From positions 34,012 to 98,011 of the forward strand of contig MFPL01000002.1 in the NCBI GenBank assembly GCA_001784155.1: a stretch of 64,000 bases of DNA. The letters are read 5' to 3'. Origin of the DNA: Candidatus Levybacteria bacterium RIFCSPLOWO2_12_FULL_41_12. Its GTDB lineage: Bacteria > Patescibacteriota > Microgenomatia > Levybacterales > UBA12049. The notes beneath the pieces were generated by a model. It was not told the DNA's origin. It made no database searches and worked only from the letters and a program-made list of their open reading frames with translations. Both the position numbers and the translations under genes were made by a program. This document shows, one piece after another, positions 26,445 through 36,366 of the stretch (its first letter is position 1; every line of letters starts with the position of its first letter).

Positions 26445-27893
26445 ATGCCAAGACAAGAAGCGCCTCAACCCATAACGAGAGATAGTAGAGATCGAAAGAG
26501 AGTAGGGACTTTCATACCAAAAGAAGGATTAGCTGGGTATGGGGGAAATTTTGATTTACTTGATCAAAATGGACACTTCAGAATTCCAGAACCTCCTTTC
26601 ACAAGCCAGCAAAGAAGAGAATGGCGTACATCTCTTACCATAGGTGAACAAATTGAATTTAACACACTAAGATCTAATGTGTTGGAATTATTCGGTGTGG
26701 ACAGCTTACCCCAAATAAGAGATGTCATGGCAGACCCACAAAGAAAAGCTGAGAGAACTATTGAAGCTAATAGAATTATTGCTAAAAGATTTGGTATTCG
26801 GGGAAGCGATGAGTTTATAAGAGCACAAATAAGTGAATATTACAAAACAGCTGTTAGAGAAAGAAAAGAGGAAGCGCGAAAACTTGGCATAGTATCAACT
26901 TTCGAATTATCGAATGCTGTTGCTCTAACCTCCAATGTATTAGAGCTAGCCAATTTAGCATTTTTTAGTCCAAAAAAAAGAATAAGATTTGAAGCAGGGA
27001 AAATACTTGATGGCATGGATGCGGTAGCTGCAGCAGATAGCGTAAGGCGAGAAGAGGAAACAACTAGATTTCTTGCATCTCCAAATACTTCCTCATCGCA
27101 TGTTGACGAAGAAGGTAAAGAAGTAGATCCAGATGTTTCTGAAATAAATGCTATCCTAGACGGCCATTTTTATAGCTCAGCGCCTCCCGAAGAGCCTGCG
27201 CTCTTCAAAAGTAGGCATGCTAAAGATGATTTTAGGACTTTGGAAATAATTAGAATTCCTCCAAAACAAGCAAGGATTGCGAGATTTAAAGATCCAGGAG
27301 GCATGCAGCTTTGGACCGATATTCCTGAAAGGGTGATAATACATGACGGCGTGGAAACGCTTGCATATGCAACAGTAAGGAAAAAATCACCAGAGTCAAC
27401 TACGAGAAAAGCCAGAAGAAAAGGTACTAGAAATATCAGAAAAGCCGTAGAGGATACTATCGCAATGCGTGTAATAGTTCAGAATAAAGCAGATATCCCA
27501 GTGGTTCACGAAAAACTGGTACAAGCTTTCGCTGATGCTGGACACTCCTTTACTCTTCTTGAGCTTCAAGACTCGTTGTCAGGGGGAACATATGCCATAA
27601 GAAATCCTGGGAGCTCTGAGAATCTAGAGGTTGTAAATATTATGGCTAAAGTAGGACCTTGGATAGCTGAGATTCAATACACTGATTACTTTGGATGGAT
27701 TGATTCAACTACTAGACGTGGAGTCGCACGTGCAGATTTTGAATTAAATAGACTTTATGAAAGTGGAGTTCCTCAGCATGATTTTCCAGAATGGATATAC
27801 AAATTACCTCACGATAAAATAAGAGAAAAGAGAGAAAGAGAAATAAGAGCAGGAATCGCTAATGGTCTTTTCCGCGATGAATTAGATCTTTAA
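26445..27893 (+). CDS. Two-domain protein: unknown N-terminal domain plus C-terminal RelA/SpoT-homolog (small alarmone synthetase-like) nucleotidyltransferase domain
   Basis: Residues ~315-420 align by eye to RelQ/SAS motifs: ESTTRKARRKG (cf. SILEKARRK), VEDTIAMRVIV (cf. MQDIAGLRIM), ADIPVV (cf. DDIQIV), IAEIQYTDYFGW (cf. VEIQIRTLAMNFW). No searches run. Confidence 0.55.
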   Translation: MPRQEAPQPITRDSRDRKRVGTFIPKEGLAGYGGNFDLLDQNGHFRIPEPPFTSQQRREWRTSLTIGEQIEFNTLRSNVLELFGVDSLPQIRDVMADPQRKAERTIEANRIIAKRFGIRGSDEFIRAQISEYYKTAVRERKEEARKLGIVSTFELSNAVALTSNVLELANLAFFSPKKRIRFEAGKILDGMDAVAAADSVRREEETTRFLASPNTSSSHVDEEGKEVDPDVSEINAILDGHFYSSAPPEEPALFKSRHAKDDFRTLEIIRIPPKQARIARFKDPGGMQLWTDIPERVIIHDGVETLAYATVRKKSPESTTRKARRKGTRNIRKAVEDTIAMRVIVQNKADIPVVHEKLVQAFADAGHSFTLLELQDSLSGGTYAIRNPGSSENLEVVNIMAKVGPWIAEIQYTDYFGWIDSTTRRGVARADFELNRLYESGVPQHDFPEWIYKLPHDKIREKREREIRAGIANGLFRDELDL

Positions 27894-29562
27894 TTCTGAG
27901 CTCTATTTTTTTGTTTCCGTTCCATTCATTAAGAACAAGCGAATAAGCGATATCTACGGTATCTCCGATTTTAATCCCTCTTAATTTTTCCACCCCATTA
28001 AAATACATTGCTTCGATAGAAAACTCTCCATCAGAGCAGACAATTTTTATGTGTCTTTGGTCCGCTCCAACAATTCTAAGATCGTAAATATTTAAACCCC
28101 GGCTTACGAAAACAGGCGTTGGATTCCCCATACCAAAAGGCTCAAGCTTTGACAGAGAGTCGTAAACTTCAATGTTCAAACTTCTAAGTGGTATCTCACA
28201 ATCAATCCTAAGTTTTCTTTTAAGAAGCTCTTCTGTTAACATTTCTTCGGCAAACTTCTGGAACTTTTTTTCAAGTGCGGTAAGATTTTCTGTCTTAACC
28301 GTAAAGCCGGCAGCCATGGGATGACCCCCTGCGTCCACCAGAAGATCCGAAGCCTTCCTTATAAATTCTATGATATTAAAGCCCGATACAGACCTCGCCG
28401 ATGCGCGACTTATTTCTTTTCCTTTTGAGACAACAATTGAAGGCAGAAAATATTCTTCGGTAAGTCTCCCTGCTACAAGTCCTATAATTCCCTGCTCGTA
28501 TGAATCGTGCTTAACGAACAATAGCTTTTTTGAATTTCCTTTCACTCGAGATTTAGCATGCATAAATGTATCTATGGTTAGTTTCTGACGACTTCTGTTA
28601 GTGTCGCCTAATTTAATTGCCAAAAGTCTTGCCCTCTTCGGATCGGTCGTACACAAAAGCCTCAAGCTATCCATCGCATTTTCAAGTCTTCCCATCGCAT
28701 TGAGTCTCGGTGCGATAACGTGCCCTATCGTATATACGGATATTTCCTCTTTTTTTATTCCTGCTTCTTCAAAAAGCGCAAGGAGTCCCGGCCGCATACT
28801 TTCTCTTAAATTTTTCAGTCCGAAATAAAGAAGACTTCTATTTGCTTGAGTCAGGGGAACTAAGTCTGCAACCGTAGCCAATGCTACGAGCTCCAAATGA
28901 GAGTCATTGGAAATTGAAAATTGCTCGCCCCGCGAAGCTTGGGCGAAGCGAGGAAAATTGGAAATTGCTCGCGAGAGCATATAGGCCACTCCGGCGCCAC
29001 AAAGACTAGTGGTATGAACAATCGAGTAAGCGTCTGGAAGAGCGCTTGATGGAACATGGTGGTCGGTAATTATTACGTCTATTCCCCTCTCTTTTGCAAA
29101 AAATACAGCATCATTTGCTACTATGCCATTATCTACGGTTATGATAAGAGCGGGCCTACCAAGCGTCTTTTCTAAATCTTCAATTCCCTTAACGGACAGA
29201 CCGTATCCCTCTTCAATTCTGTTGGGAATATACGGCATAACGTCTGCTCCTGCGTCGCGAAGCGACTCCCAAAGAATAGCTGTTCCAGCAATTCCATCTA
29301 CATCGTAGTCTCCATAGACGACAATCTTCTCCTTACTAGCTATGGCCTTTCTTATTCTTTCGACTGATTTGTTAAGCTCCTTCATGTTAATTCCTACACT
29401 TTTGGCAGAAATTTTTTTAAGATTTGGGTTAAGAAAATCAGAAGTATCGTTCTTTGAAATTTTTCTATTTTTTAAAAGAAGATCTATTAATTTGTCTGCC
29501 TCCAGATTCTTTTTTATTTTAAGCGAACCTAGGATTTCCCAGTTCGTGAGGGTTGTTTTCAT
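27859..29562 (-). CDS. recJ: Single-stranded-DNA-specific exonuclease RecJ
   Basis: DHH motifs (DYDVDGI, DHH), DHHA1 domain, C-terminal OB fold. Confidence 0.9.
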   Translation of the reverse strand: MKTTLTNWEILGSLKIKKNLEADKLIDLLLKNRKISKNDTSDFLNPNLKKISAKSVGINMKELNKSVERIRKAIASKEKIVVYGDYDVDGIAGTAILWESLRDAGADVMPYIPNRIEEGYGLSVKGIEDLEKTLGRPALIITVDNGIVANDAVFFAKERGIDVIITDHHVPSSALPDAYSIVHTTSLCGAGVAYMLSRAISNFPRFAQASRGEQFSISNDSHLELVALATVADLVPLTQANRSLLYFGLKNLRESMRPGLLALFEEAGIKKEEISVYTIGHVIAPRLNAMGRLENAMDSLRLLCTTDPKRARLLAIKLGDTNRSRQKLTIDTFMHAKSRVKGNSKKLLFVKHDSYEQGIIGLVAGRLTEEYFLPSIVVSKGKEISRASARSVSGFNIIEFIRKASDLLVDAGGHPMAAGFTVKTENLTALEKKFQKFAEEMLTEELLKRKLRIDCEIPLRSLNIEVYDSLSKLEPFGMGNPTPVFVSRGLNIYDLRIVGADQRHIKIVCSDGEFSIEAMYFNGVEKLRGIKIGDTVDIAYSLVLNEWNGNKKIELRIKDLIHRGKDH

Positions 29563-29593
29563 TTTGCTATACTATAGCAGAGAAGAATATTTT

Positions 29594-30997
29594 ATGGAAA
29601 GCATAATTAACAAAATCCCCAAGGTCGTTTTGTCAGCTTACAATACTCTTAAAGACAAAGGCTATAAGGTTTACCTCGTGGGAGGCGGCGTAAGAAATCT
29701 ACTCATGGATATTCCGGTTAAAGACTGGGATCTCTCGACAAATGCTACCCCGGACGAAATTACGACACTTTTCAAAGATTCATACTACAACAATCTCTTT
29801 GGAACGGTGGGTCTGCCCGTAGATATAAACGGCACGAAATCAGTTATAGAAATTACTACCTTCAGAAGCGAGGGTGAATATAAAGACAGGAGACGACCCG
29901 AAAGCGTTGAGTGGGGAAAGACAATTGAAGACGATCTTTCTAGACGTGACTTTACGATAAACGCGATTGCCCTTCGCTTTGCTCCCTTCGACGGTTCTCA
30001 GGACAAGCAGGATAAACCCTCTGAAGTTGAATTCGCTGATCCGTTTAATGGTAGGGTGGATATAAAAAACAAATTGATAAAAGCAGTCGGCGATCCAAAG
30101 AAGAGGTTTAAAGAAGATGCTCTGCGCCTTATGAGGGCAGTAAGAATTGCAACACAGCTCTCCTTTACAATAGACGATGCCACTTGGAAAGAAATTCAAA
30201 ATGATGCGAAGCTGATAAGAGATATCTCGGGAGAAAGAATAAGAGATGAACTCTTAAAGATTCTTGGATCCGAAAACTCATACGAGGGAACAATAATGCT
30301 TAAAGATTCAGGGCTACTTGAAGAAATAATTCCTGAGCTCTTGGAGGGAGAAGGAATTTCGCAAGCAAGACCAGGTAGGCATCACACCGAAGACGTACTC
30401 ACTCATAATCTTTTGTCTCTTAAACATTCTCCCACAAAGAATTCTATCGTTCGCCTAGCCGCTCTTCTTCATGATGTCGGGAAACCAAAAGCGCTAGGGA
30501 AAGATGAAGAAGGACTCGTTACTTTTTACAACCACGAAGTCGCAGGAGCAAAAATTGTTAAAGAAATTGCACAGCGCCTTAGGCTCTCCAAGAAGGAAAC
30601 AGAAAGAATTGTGACTTTGGTCCGCTGGCATATGTTTACGGTTGACGAGAAAATAACAGATGCAGCAGTACGCAGATTTATAAGAAGAATTGGCGTTGAA
30701 AATGTTACCGACATGATGGATCTTCGAATTGGTGATCGACTTGGCGGGGGAACCCAGACGGCAGAATCTTGGCGACTAAAACTATTTAAAAAAAGGGTGG
30801 AAAAAGAACTATCACCCAAACCGTTTTCTATCGAGGACATGGCGATTGACGGAAATGATGTTATGAAAGAACTTGGAATAAAACCGGGTCGTAGGATAGG
30901 AGAAATTCTACAAGCTCTTTTTGAAGAAGTCGACGAGGATCTATCGAAAAACACTAAAGAGCACTTACTCCAAAGAATAAAAGATTTGGGGAAATAG
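29594..30997 (+). CDS. cca: CCA-adding tRNA nucleotidyltransferase with C-terminal HD domain
   Basis: Start at ATG 29594 (MESIINK...). Head domain GGGVRNLLMDIPVKDWDL. HD motif HDVGKP. The listed 29342 start would overlap recJ and is rejected. Confidence 0.9.
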   Translation: MESIINKIPKVVLSAYNTLKDKGYKVYLVGGGVRNLLMDIPVKDWDLSTNATPDEITTLFKDSYYNNLFGTVGLPVDINGTKSVIEITTFRSEGEYKDRRRPESVEWGKTIEDDLSRRDFTINAIALRFAPFDGSQDKQDKPSEVEFADPFNGRVDIKNKLIKAVGDPKKRFKEDALRLMRAVRIATQLSFTIDDATWKEIQNDAKLIRDISGERIRDELLKILGSENSYEGTIMLKDSGLLEEIIPELLEGEGISQARPGRHHTEDVLTHNLLSLKHSPTKNSIVRLAALLHDVGKPKALGKDEEGLVTFYNHEVAGAKIVKEIAQRLRLSKKETERIVTLVRWHMFTVDEKITDAAVRRFIRRIGVENVTDMMDLRIGDRLGGGTQTAESWRLKLFKKRVEKELSPKPFSIEDMAIDGNDVMKELGIKPGRRIGEILQALFEEVDEDLSKNTKEHLLQRIKDLGK

Positions 30998-31009
30998 TAT
31001 AATTAATAT

Positions 31010-31462
31010 ATGGATAAAAATAAACTTCAGGAAGAATTAAAGAAATCGATGCTGGCAAGAGATGAGCTGAGAACGTCAGTTCTGCGCCTTCTTCTTTCTG
31101 CAATTAATTACTACGAAATTCAAAAGGGCGGAGCAGGATATGTGGCGACCGAAGAAGATGTCTTGTCTGTAATACAAAAAGAGGCAAAGCAAAGACGAGA
31201 CTCTATCACAGAGTACGAAAAAGCAGAAAGACAAGATTTAGCTGATAAGGAAAAGAAGGAGCTTGAAATATTGCAAACGTTTCTACCAGAACAAATGCCA
31301 GAGGATAAGATTCAAAAGATTGTTGAGCAAACTATAAGTGAAATAGGAGCAGTCTCGATTCAGGATATGGGAAAGGTCATGGGCGAGCTAAACGGCAAAC
31401 TTAAAGGCAAAGCAGATATGGGAATGATCTCAAATCTCGTCCGTCAAAAACTTGCCTTATGA
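31010..31462 (+). CDS. yqeY: GatB/YqeY-domain protein
   Basis: ELKKSMLARDELRTSVLRLLLSAINYYEIQKG pattern. TATAAT-6-ATG promoter. Confidence 0.8.
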   Translation: MDKNKLQEELKKSMLARDELRTSVLRLLLSAINYYEIQKGGAGYVATEEDVLSVIQKEAKQRRDSITEYEKAERQDLADKEKKELEILQTFLPEQMPEDKIQKIVEQTISEIGAVSIQDMGKVMGELNGKLKGKADMGMISNLVRQKLAL

Positions 31463-31872
31463 CAATACAGAGACCAGAAGCAGGAATCGGCGTAATAATA
31501 CTAAAGAATAAAAAGGTTTTACTCCTAAAAAGGGAGGGTATTGCCGGGGATGGTACTTGGTGTTTTCCCGGAGGGCACATAGAGTTAAACGAATCATTTG
31601 AAGAGGCAGCTAAAAGAGAAACAATAGAGGAGTCAGGGATACAAATAAAGAATGTTAGTGTCGTAGCAGTGACTAATGATATTCTTAAAACAGATAATAA
31701 ACATTACGTTACGGTCTTTGTAATTTCTGATTATGATTCTGGCGAAGAAAAATTGATGGAACCAAATAAATCCAGCGAGATAAAATGGTTTGATTGGGAC
31801 AGATTGCCTAAACCGCTTTTTCTTCCAATTGAAAATTTATTAAAACAAAACTTTAACCCTTTTTCTTTGTAA
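31459..31872 (+). CDS. NUDIX hydrolase
   Basis: Nudix box GGHIELNESFEEAAKRETIEESGI. Confidence 0.85.
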   Translation: MTIQRPEAGIGVIILKNKKVLLLKREGIAGDGTWCFPGGHIELNESFEEAAKRETIEESGIQIKNVSVVAVTNDILKTDNKHYVTVFVISDYDSGEEKLMEPNKSSEIKWFDWDRLPKPLFLPIENLLKQNFNPFSL

Positions 31873-31925
31873 GCTCGTCCACCAAAAACTATCCTCATAG
31901 TAGTTGTTATGCTATAATCCCCAGC

Positions 31926-32366
31926 ATGATTGAACGAACAGAAGCAAGTGCGCCCTTTCCTATTGACAGAACTGAATTGACAATAGGAACAAGAAATGAT
32001 CAATATGGACACACTAACTATAAATCCTATCCAGGACTTTTCGAAGCCGGACAGGATGCCTATATGGCAGCTCGAGGTCAATCTTTTGACGAGATTGAAT
32101 CAACTCATGACCTTAGAAGCGTAGTTCCCTCTTATAAGATAGCTATTAGAGATGACAGTCATCAGGGTGAACGAGTAACTGTAGAAACGAGCATAAGCAA
32201 AGTTGGAAAATCATCGTTTACTTTTGGGCAATCAATGCTACGAGGAGAGATTCTAATAGCGGACTATTCTATGACTGTTGTTTTAATTGACGAAAGTGGA
32301 ACTCCTAGACCTATTCCACAATCAATAAGAGAAAAGCTTCAGGCTCGCCCATCAGCTGAAGAATAA
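31926..32366 (+). CDS. Hotdog-fold acyl-CoA thioesterase (4HBT/YbgC-like)
   Basis: DQYGHTNYKSYPGLFEAGQDAYMAARG matches the 4HBT active-site region. TGCTATAAT-7-ATG promoter. Confidence 0.7.
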   Translation: MIERTEASAPFPIDRTELTIGTRNDQYGHTNYKSYPGLFEAGQDAYMAARGQSFDEIESTHDLRSVVPSYKIAIRDDSHQGERVTVETSISKVGKSSFTFGQSMLRGEILIADYSMTVVLIDESGTPRPIPQSIREKLQARPSAEE

Positions 32367-32367
32367 A

Positions 32368-33267
32368 TTATTTTCTACTTCTCCTCTGGCTCCATTCGTG
32401 CCAGAGGACAAGAATTGGCGCGGCATTAAAGATTGAAGAGTAAGTACCGGATGCAACTCCAATAAGAAGCGCTACCACAAACCACCTTATACTTTCTCCT
32501 CCAAAAAGAAGCATTGCAAATAAAACAAGTATTACCGTGAGTGAAGTATTAAGAGATCTATTTAAGGTCTGAAGAATTGAATCGTTAACCACTTTTTCAA
32601 ATGGGTCGGAAGACTTGGAAAGATTTTCCCTTATCCTGTCGAAGACTACAATAGTATCATGCACGGAAAATCCGATGATAGTGAGCATAGCTGTAATAAA
32701 AAGACTATCCACTTCAACACCGAAGAAGTGTCCGAAGATCGAAAACGCTCCCAGGACGACCAAAACGTCGTGTCCCATCGCGAGAATCGTGGCCACACCA
32801 AACCTTATGCTGCTAGCTGGTTTTGGCACTCGCCTAAAAACAGTGCTTATATAGATAACTACCAAAACCGCCGCCAGAAGAATCGCTTTTATTGCGTTTT
32901 GTGTAATCTCCTTTCCTATCGTAGGGCCGACCGTCTCAAAGCTCTCCTCCTTCACTCCTTTATATCTGCCGGATAAATCCTGAATAAACTGGTTGTACTC
33001 TTTTTGATCAAGGGGAGCTGTTCTGACAAATACCAATTTGCCCGCTTTCTCTACTCCCGCAACTTTAACTTGCTCGTCTTTCAAGATTCTTTTTATATCC
33101 GCGATATCAGAATCGGCTGGAGTAATCGGAAAAGAGACTGTAATCCTTGAACCGCCGGTAAATTCAATAGATAGATTCACTCCAAAAAGCATTAGCGAGA
33201 TAAGCCCCGGAATTATCAGAATCAGGGAAATTAAAAAATAAATATTTTTTTTATCTATTATGTTCAT
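32368..33267 (-). CDS. secF: Protein-export membrane protein SecF
   Basis: Six-TM SecF pattern with conserved periplasmic loop. Directly downstream of secD. Confidence 0.9.
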   Translation of the reverse strand: MNIIDKKNIYFLISLILIIPGLISLMLFGVNLSIEFTGGSRITVSFPITPADSDIADIKRILKDEQVKVAGVEKAGKLVFVRTAPLDQKEYNQFIQDLSGRYKGVKEESFETVGPTIGKEITQNAIKAILLAAVLVVIYISTVFRRVPKPASSIRFGVATILAMGHDVLVVLGAFSIFGHFFGVEVDSLFITAMLTIIGFSVHDTIVVFDRIRENLSKSSDPFEKVVNDSILQTLNRSLNTSLTVILVLFAMLLFGGESIRWFVVALLIGVASGTYSSIFNAAPILVLWHEWSQRRSRK

Positions 33268-33270
33268 CGC

Positions 33271-34590
33271 TTATTCTTTGTACAAAATCCTCATAAAACT
33301 TCTAGTTACGATAATTGCTGAAAACATTGATACTACGACGCCAATTATGAGTACTACTGCAAAACCTCTGACTATACCGGTTCCAAAATAGATGAGGATC
33401 ATACTTGTAATTATCGTTGAAACGTTTGAGTCACGAATAGAAGTCCACGCCCTCTTAAATCCCAGCTCTACAGCTTGGGACTTCGACCTTCCCATGTGAA
33501 GCTCTTCTTTAATCCTCTCAAATATCAAAACATTTGCATCAACCGCCATCCCTATTGAGAGAATAAATCCCGCTATGCCTGCAAGGGTAAGCGTTACTCC
33601 GTAAGGCGTAAGAGAGCTCAACTTAAAAACTGAAAGAACAAAAATGGTGTAAAGAAAAAGAGCAATGCTTGCCACAATACCTAGCCTTCCATATAAAGCT
33701 GTCATGAATACGACAATTGTAAAAAATCCTATAAGCCCTGCGAAAAGACTTTTTTGAAGAGACACTGCACCGAGAGTCGGGCCAATGACATGTTGTTCAA
33801 GTATGGTAAGGGATATTGGTAATGCTCCTGCATTAAGCTGGGTGCTCAAGGCTTTCGCCTCATCGCTCGTGAAAGAACCGGTTATAACTGCGTCTCCTGT
33901 AAGAATGGGTTCATTAACATTTGGAGCGGTTATTACAACGCCATCTAGAACTATTGCAACAGGCTTGCCTACATTTCTCTTGGTTATGTCCGCAAACTTT
34001 TTGGATCCTGCTTCTGTAAATCTCAGCTGCACCTGTGGCTGGCCAGTATTTTGATCAAAACCAACAGACGAAGTTTTCAAATCCCCACCAGTTAGCGTTG
34101 TCTCTTTTGGATTACCCCCGAGAATCGGAGCAAGGAGTAGTTCTGTTGCAGAACCCGATGCGATAACATCAGCAGACGCTGTTGCCTCTCCTTCCCAAAA
34201 TGTAAGTTTGGCTGTAGTTCCAATAAGCGATATTGCCTCGTTCACATTTGTTACGCCCGGAAGCTCAACTATAATCCGGCGGTCTTCCGAGGTTTTTGAA
34301 GTCTGTATTACGGGCTCTGATACGCCGAAAAGATTTACCCTTCTCTCAATAACTTCTTTCGCCGAGTCAAGCGCCTTATCCCGGTCAGACGTAATAATAC
34401 TATCTGTATTTGCTTTAAACGTGATATTTACTCCGCCTTTCAAATCCAATCCCTGCCGAAACTCCATTTCTTTCCCAACGCCAATCTTAGACAAAAGAGA
34501 ATTTCTTAACGAAAAATCCGGCAAAACAACGAAAAGAGCAATAACTGTGAGTACAATAATGAGAACGGAGATAATCCGAGGGTTTTTCAT
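33271..34590 (-). CDS. secD: Protein-export membrane protein SecD
   Basis: N-terminal TM helix, large periplasmic domain, C-terminal six-TM SSD-like bundle. Confidence 0.9.
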   Translation of the reverse strand: MKNPRIISVLIIVLTVIALFVVLPDFSLRNSLLSKIGVGKEMEFRQGLDLKGGVNITFKANTDSIITSDRDKALDSAKEVIERRVNLFGVSEPVIQTSKTSEDRRIIVELPGVTNVNEAISLIGTTAKLTFWEGEATASADVIASGSATELLLAPILGGNPKETTLTGGDLKTSSVGFDQNTGQPQVQLRFTEAGSKKFADITKRNVGKPVAIVLDGVVITAPNVNEPILTGDAVITGSFTSDEAKALSTQLNAGALPISLTILEQHVIGPTLGAVSLQKSLFAGLIGFFTIVVFMTALYGRLGIVASIALFLYTIFVLSVFKLSSLTPYGVTLTLAGIAGFILSIGMAVDANVLIFERIKEELHMGRSKSQAVELGFKRAWTSIRDSNVSTIITSMILIYFGTGIVRGFAVVLIIGVVVSMFSAIIVTRSFMRILYKE

Positions 34591-35162
34591 GAAAGCATAT
34601 CTTCTTCGTCCCCGAGAAGCATGACTCTGGACGCTATAAGAATAGATACGATAAAAGGGTCTCTTTTCTGCTTACGAAATCCAAACTCTTCCTCTGTCAT
34701 GACAGTATAGTTGATTTCCGTGTTAAGCCTTTTCTCCTCATCTCTAATGAGAAGCGCCAGTTCCGGAAGAACAACAGTACCTACTATTAAAAGGTCTACC
34801 TCGTCCGGTTCTTTTCTAATGCTTCTAGCAAATTTACCGGAAAACATAGCGTATTTTATCTTCCCGAGTTTTACTCTATTCTTTAATATTTCAGCACCTA
34901 GTCCCGTGGTCTTTGTTCGAAGTCTTAGAAGATCGTAGTAAAAGGGGTAGTTTTTAGAAAGAGAGTAATAGACCCTATTGGCTCTGGGCTCCTTTACCAG
35001 AACCCCCTTTCCCTCAAGATGGGAAAGCTCTCTTCTGACCGCATTTATTTCGTCCCCTGTCCTCCGAACTAACTCCCGGACATGAAACATGTCAGACGGA
35101 TAGGACAGAAATACGTTAAGAAGCTTTACCCGTGATTTAGATGTAATGAAATCAGAAAACAT
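34587..35162 (-). CDS. Winged-helix DNA-binding protein (putative transcriptional regulator)
   Basis: N-terminal wHTH (VRELVRRTGDEINAVRRELSHLEGKGVLVKE). The C-terminal half is unassigned. Overlaps secD by 4 nt. Confidence 0.5.
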   Translation of the reverse strand: MFSDFITSKSRVKLLNVFLSYPSDMFHVRELVRRTGDEINAVRRELSHLEGKGVLVKEPRANRVYYSLSKNYPFYYDLLRLRTKTTGLGAEILKNRVKLGKIKYAMFSGKFARSIRKEPDEVDLLIVGTVVLPELALLIRDEEKRLNTEINYTVMTEEEFGFRKQKRDPFIVSILIASRVMLLGDEEDMLS

Positions 35163-35190
35163 ACTGCCTGCCGTTCTACGATTTCCTAAT

Positions 35191-36366
35191 TTACTTAACG
35201 TCGGCTACTCCGCCGACCGGAACAATTTCAAACCAAATAGGCCCTCTGTTAAACTCTACTTCATTTCCGCTGGCATCGAGTATTTGAAGTCTTCCCTCTC
35301 TGCCGCTTTTCTTCCATGTTCCAACTACTTCCTTCCCATCCAGAAGTATCACTGCTTTACCTGTGCCTTTTGTTTTGTACAGAAGATGGACATTGTTTTC
35401 ATAGCCATCATTCGCGCTTGATTCCTGCATGAAGAGAGCTATAACATTTTTTGAAGTGATAGTTTTCTTAGTATTGAGATCTATATGCGGACTTCCTCCA
35501 TTTTTCCTGGTAAAACTATTTGTTGTGGAATCATAAACCCAATCTATAAAGTAATCCGAACTATTTTCCCAGAATTCTATATGAAAACTTTTAACATCTC
35601 CTCTGTCTTGAGTCTCTGCATCATCCTTGAATGAATACTTCTCAAAATCTCCGTCCCATGAATTTCCATCTTCATCTTTATCGTCAAGGTCCCTATCTTT
35701 TTTGGCAAAATCCCAAAGTTTTGTTGTCGATGAATACATGGTGTGCTCTGTCGCAGTAGCATGACCTAAGCGGTTATAATCCCGAACGAATGTAGGGAAA
35801 CCTATGGAAAACTGATTTAGATCATTGTAGCTTCCCCAACCATAGCTATTTATCTGAGACAGCGCATCAGCAGGTCCAGGAGTATTCGCTCCTCCTACGT
35901 GAGCGTAGAGCGGATTTTGCCCATATTCAGAGATGAAGTCCAAGTAATATGTTCTCGCAGAGCGGACAGGCCCTACAAAAGGCGCATCTTCACAATAAAA
36001 TACCGCTAAGAATCTTGTTATTCCGCCTTCCGCAACAGCCTCGTAGACCACGTCTGCTGATGAGAGTCCCGATTGAGGCCTGGAGGTCTCATGATTTTCA
36101 ATCATAACGCCCAAAGGCCTATGCTTTTCCCACCAGGATTTTTGCTGTTTTGAGTACTTTGCACCGTTAAGAGGGCACTCCTCAGTCTTAGGCAGGCTCT
36201 CATCAAATACTACTTTACCATCAGGGCTAGTAGTAACATCCGGCGGGGGATTAAAAAGCTGTGACGATGCTTTTGAAAATACGAAATATGAACCGCCCGC
36301 AGAAAAAAGATAAATAATTGCAGCCGTTATGAATAGTATTAGTAGGTTTTTATTTTTTAGATTCAT
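35191..36366 (-). CDS. DUF3048-domain secreted/membrane-anchored protein (YerB-like)
   Basis: N-terminal TM/signal. RPLGVMIENH...RPQSGLSSADVVYEAVAEGGITRFLAVF matches the DUF3048 N- and C-domain signatures. Confidence 0.7.
   Translation of the reverse strand: MNLKNKNLLILFITAAIIYLFSAGGSYFVFSKASSQLFNPPPDVTTSPDGKVVFDESLPKTEECPLNGAKYSKQQKSWWEKHRPLGVMIENHETSRPQSGLSSADVVYEAVAEGGITRFLAVFYCEDAPFVGPVRSARTYYLDFISEYGQNPLYAHVGGANTPGPADALSQINSYGWGSYNDLNQFSIGFPTFVRDYNRLGHATATEHTMYSSTTKLWDFAKKDRDLDDKDEDGNSWDGDFEKYSFKDDAETQDRGDVKSFHIEFWENSSDYFIDWVYDSTTNSFTRKNGGSPHIDLNTKKTITSKNVIALFMQESSANDGYENNVHLLYKTKGTGKAVILLDGKEVVGTWKKSGREGRLQILDASGNEVEFNRGPIWFEIVPVGGVADVK

Noticed and set aside
29342-29593. 84-codon N-terminal extension of cca overlapping recJ
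   Set aside because: Hydrophobic low-complexity translation on the strand opposite recJ. The conserved CCA-enzyme N-terminus begins at the ATG at 29594.
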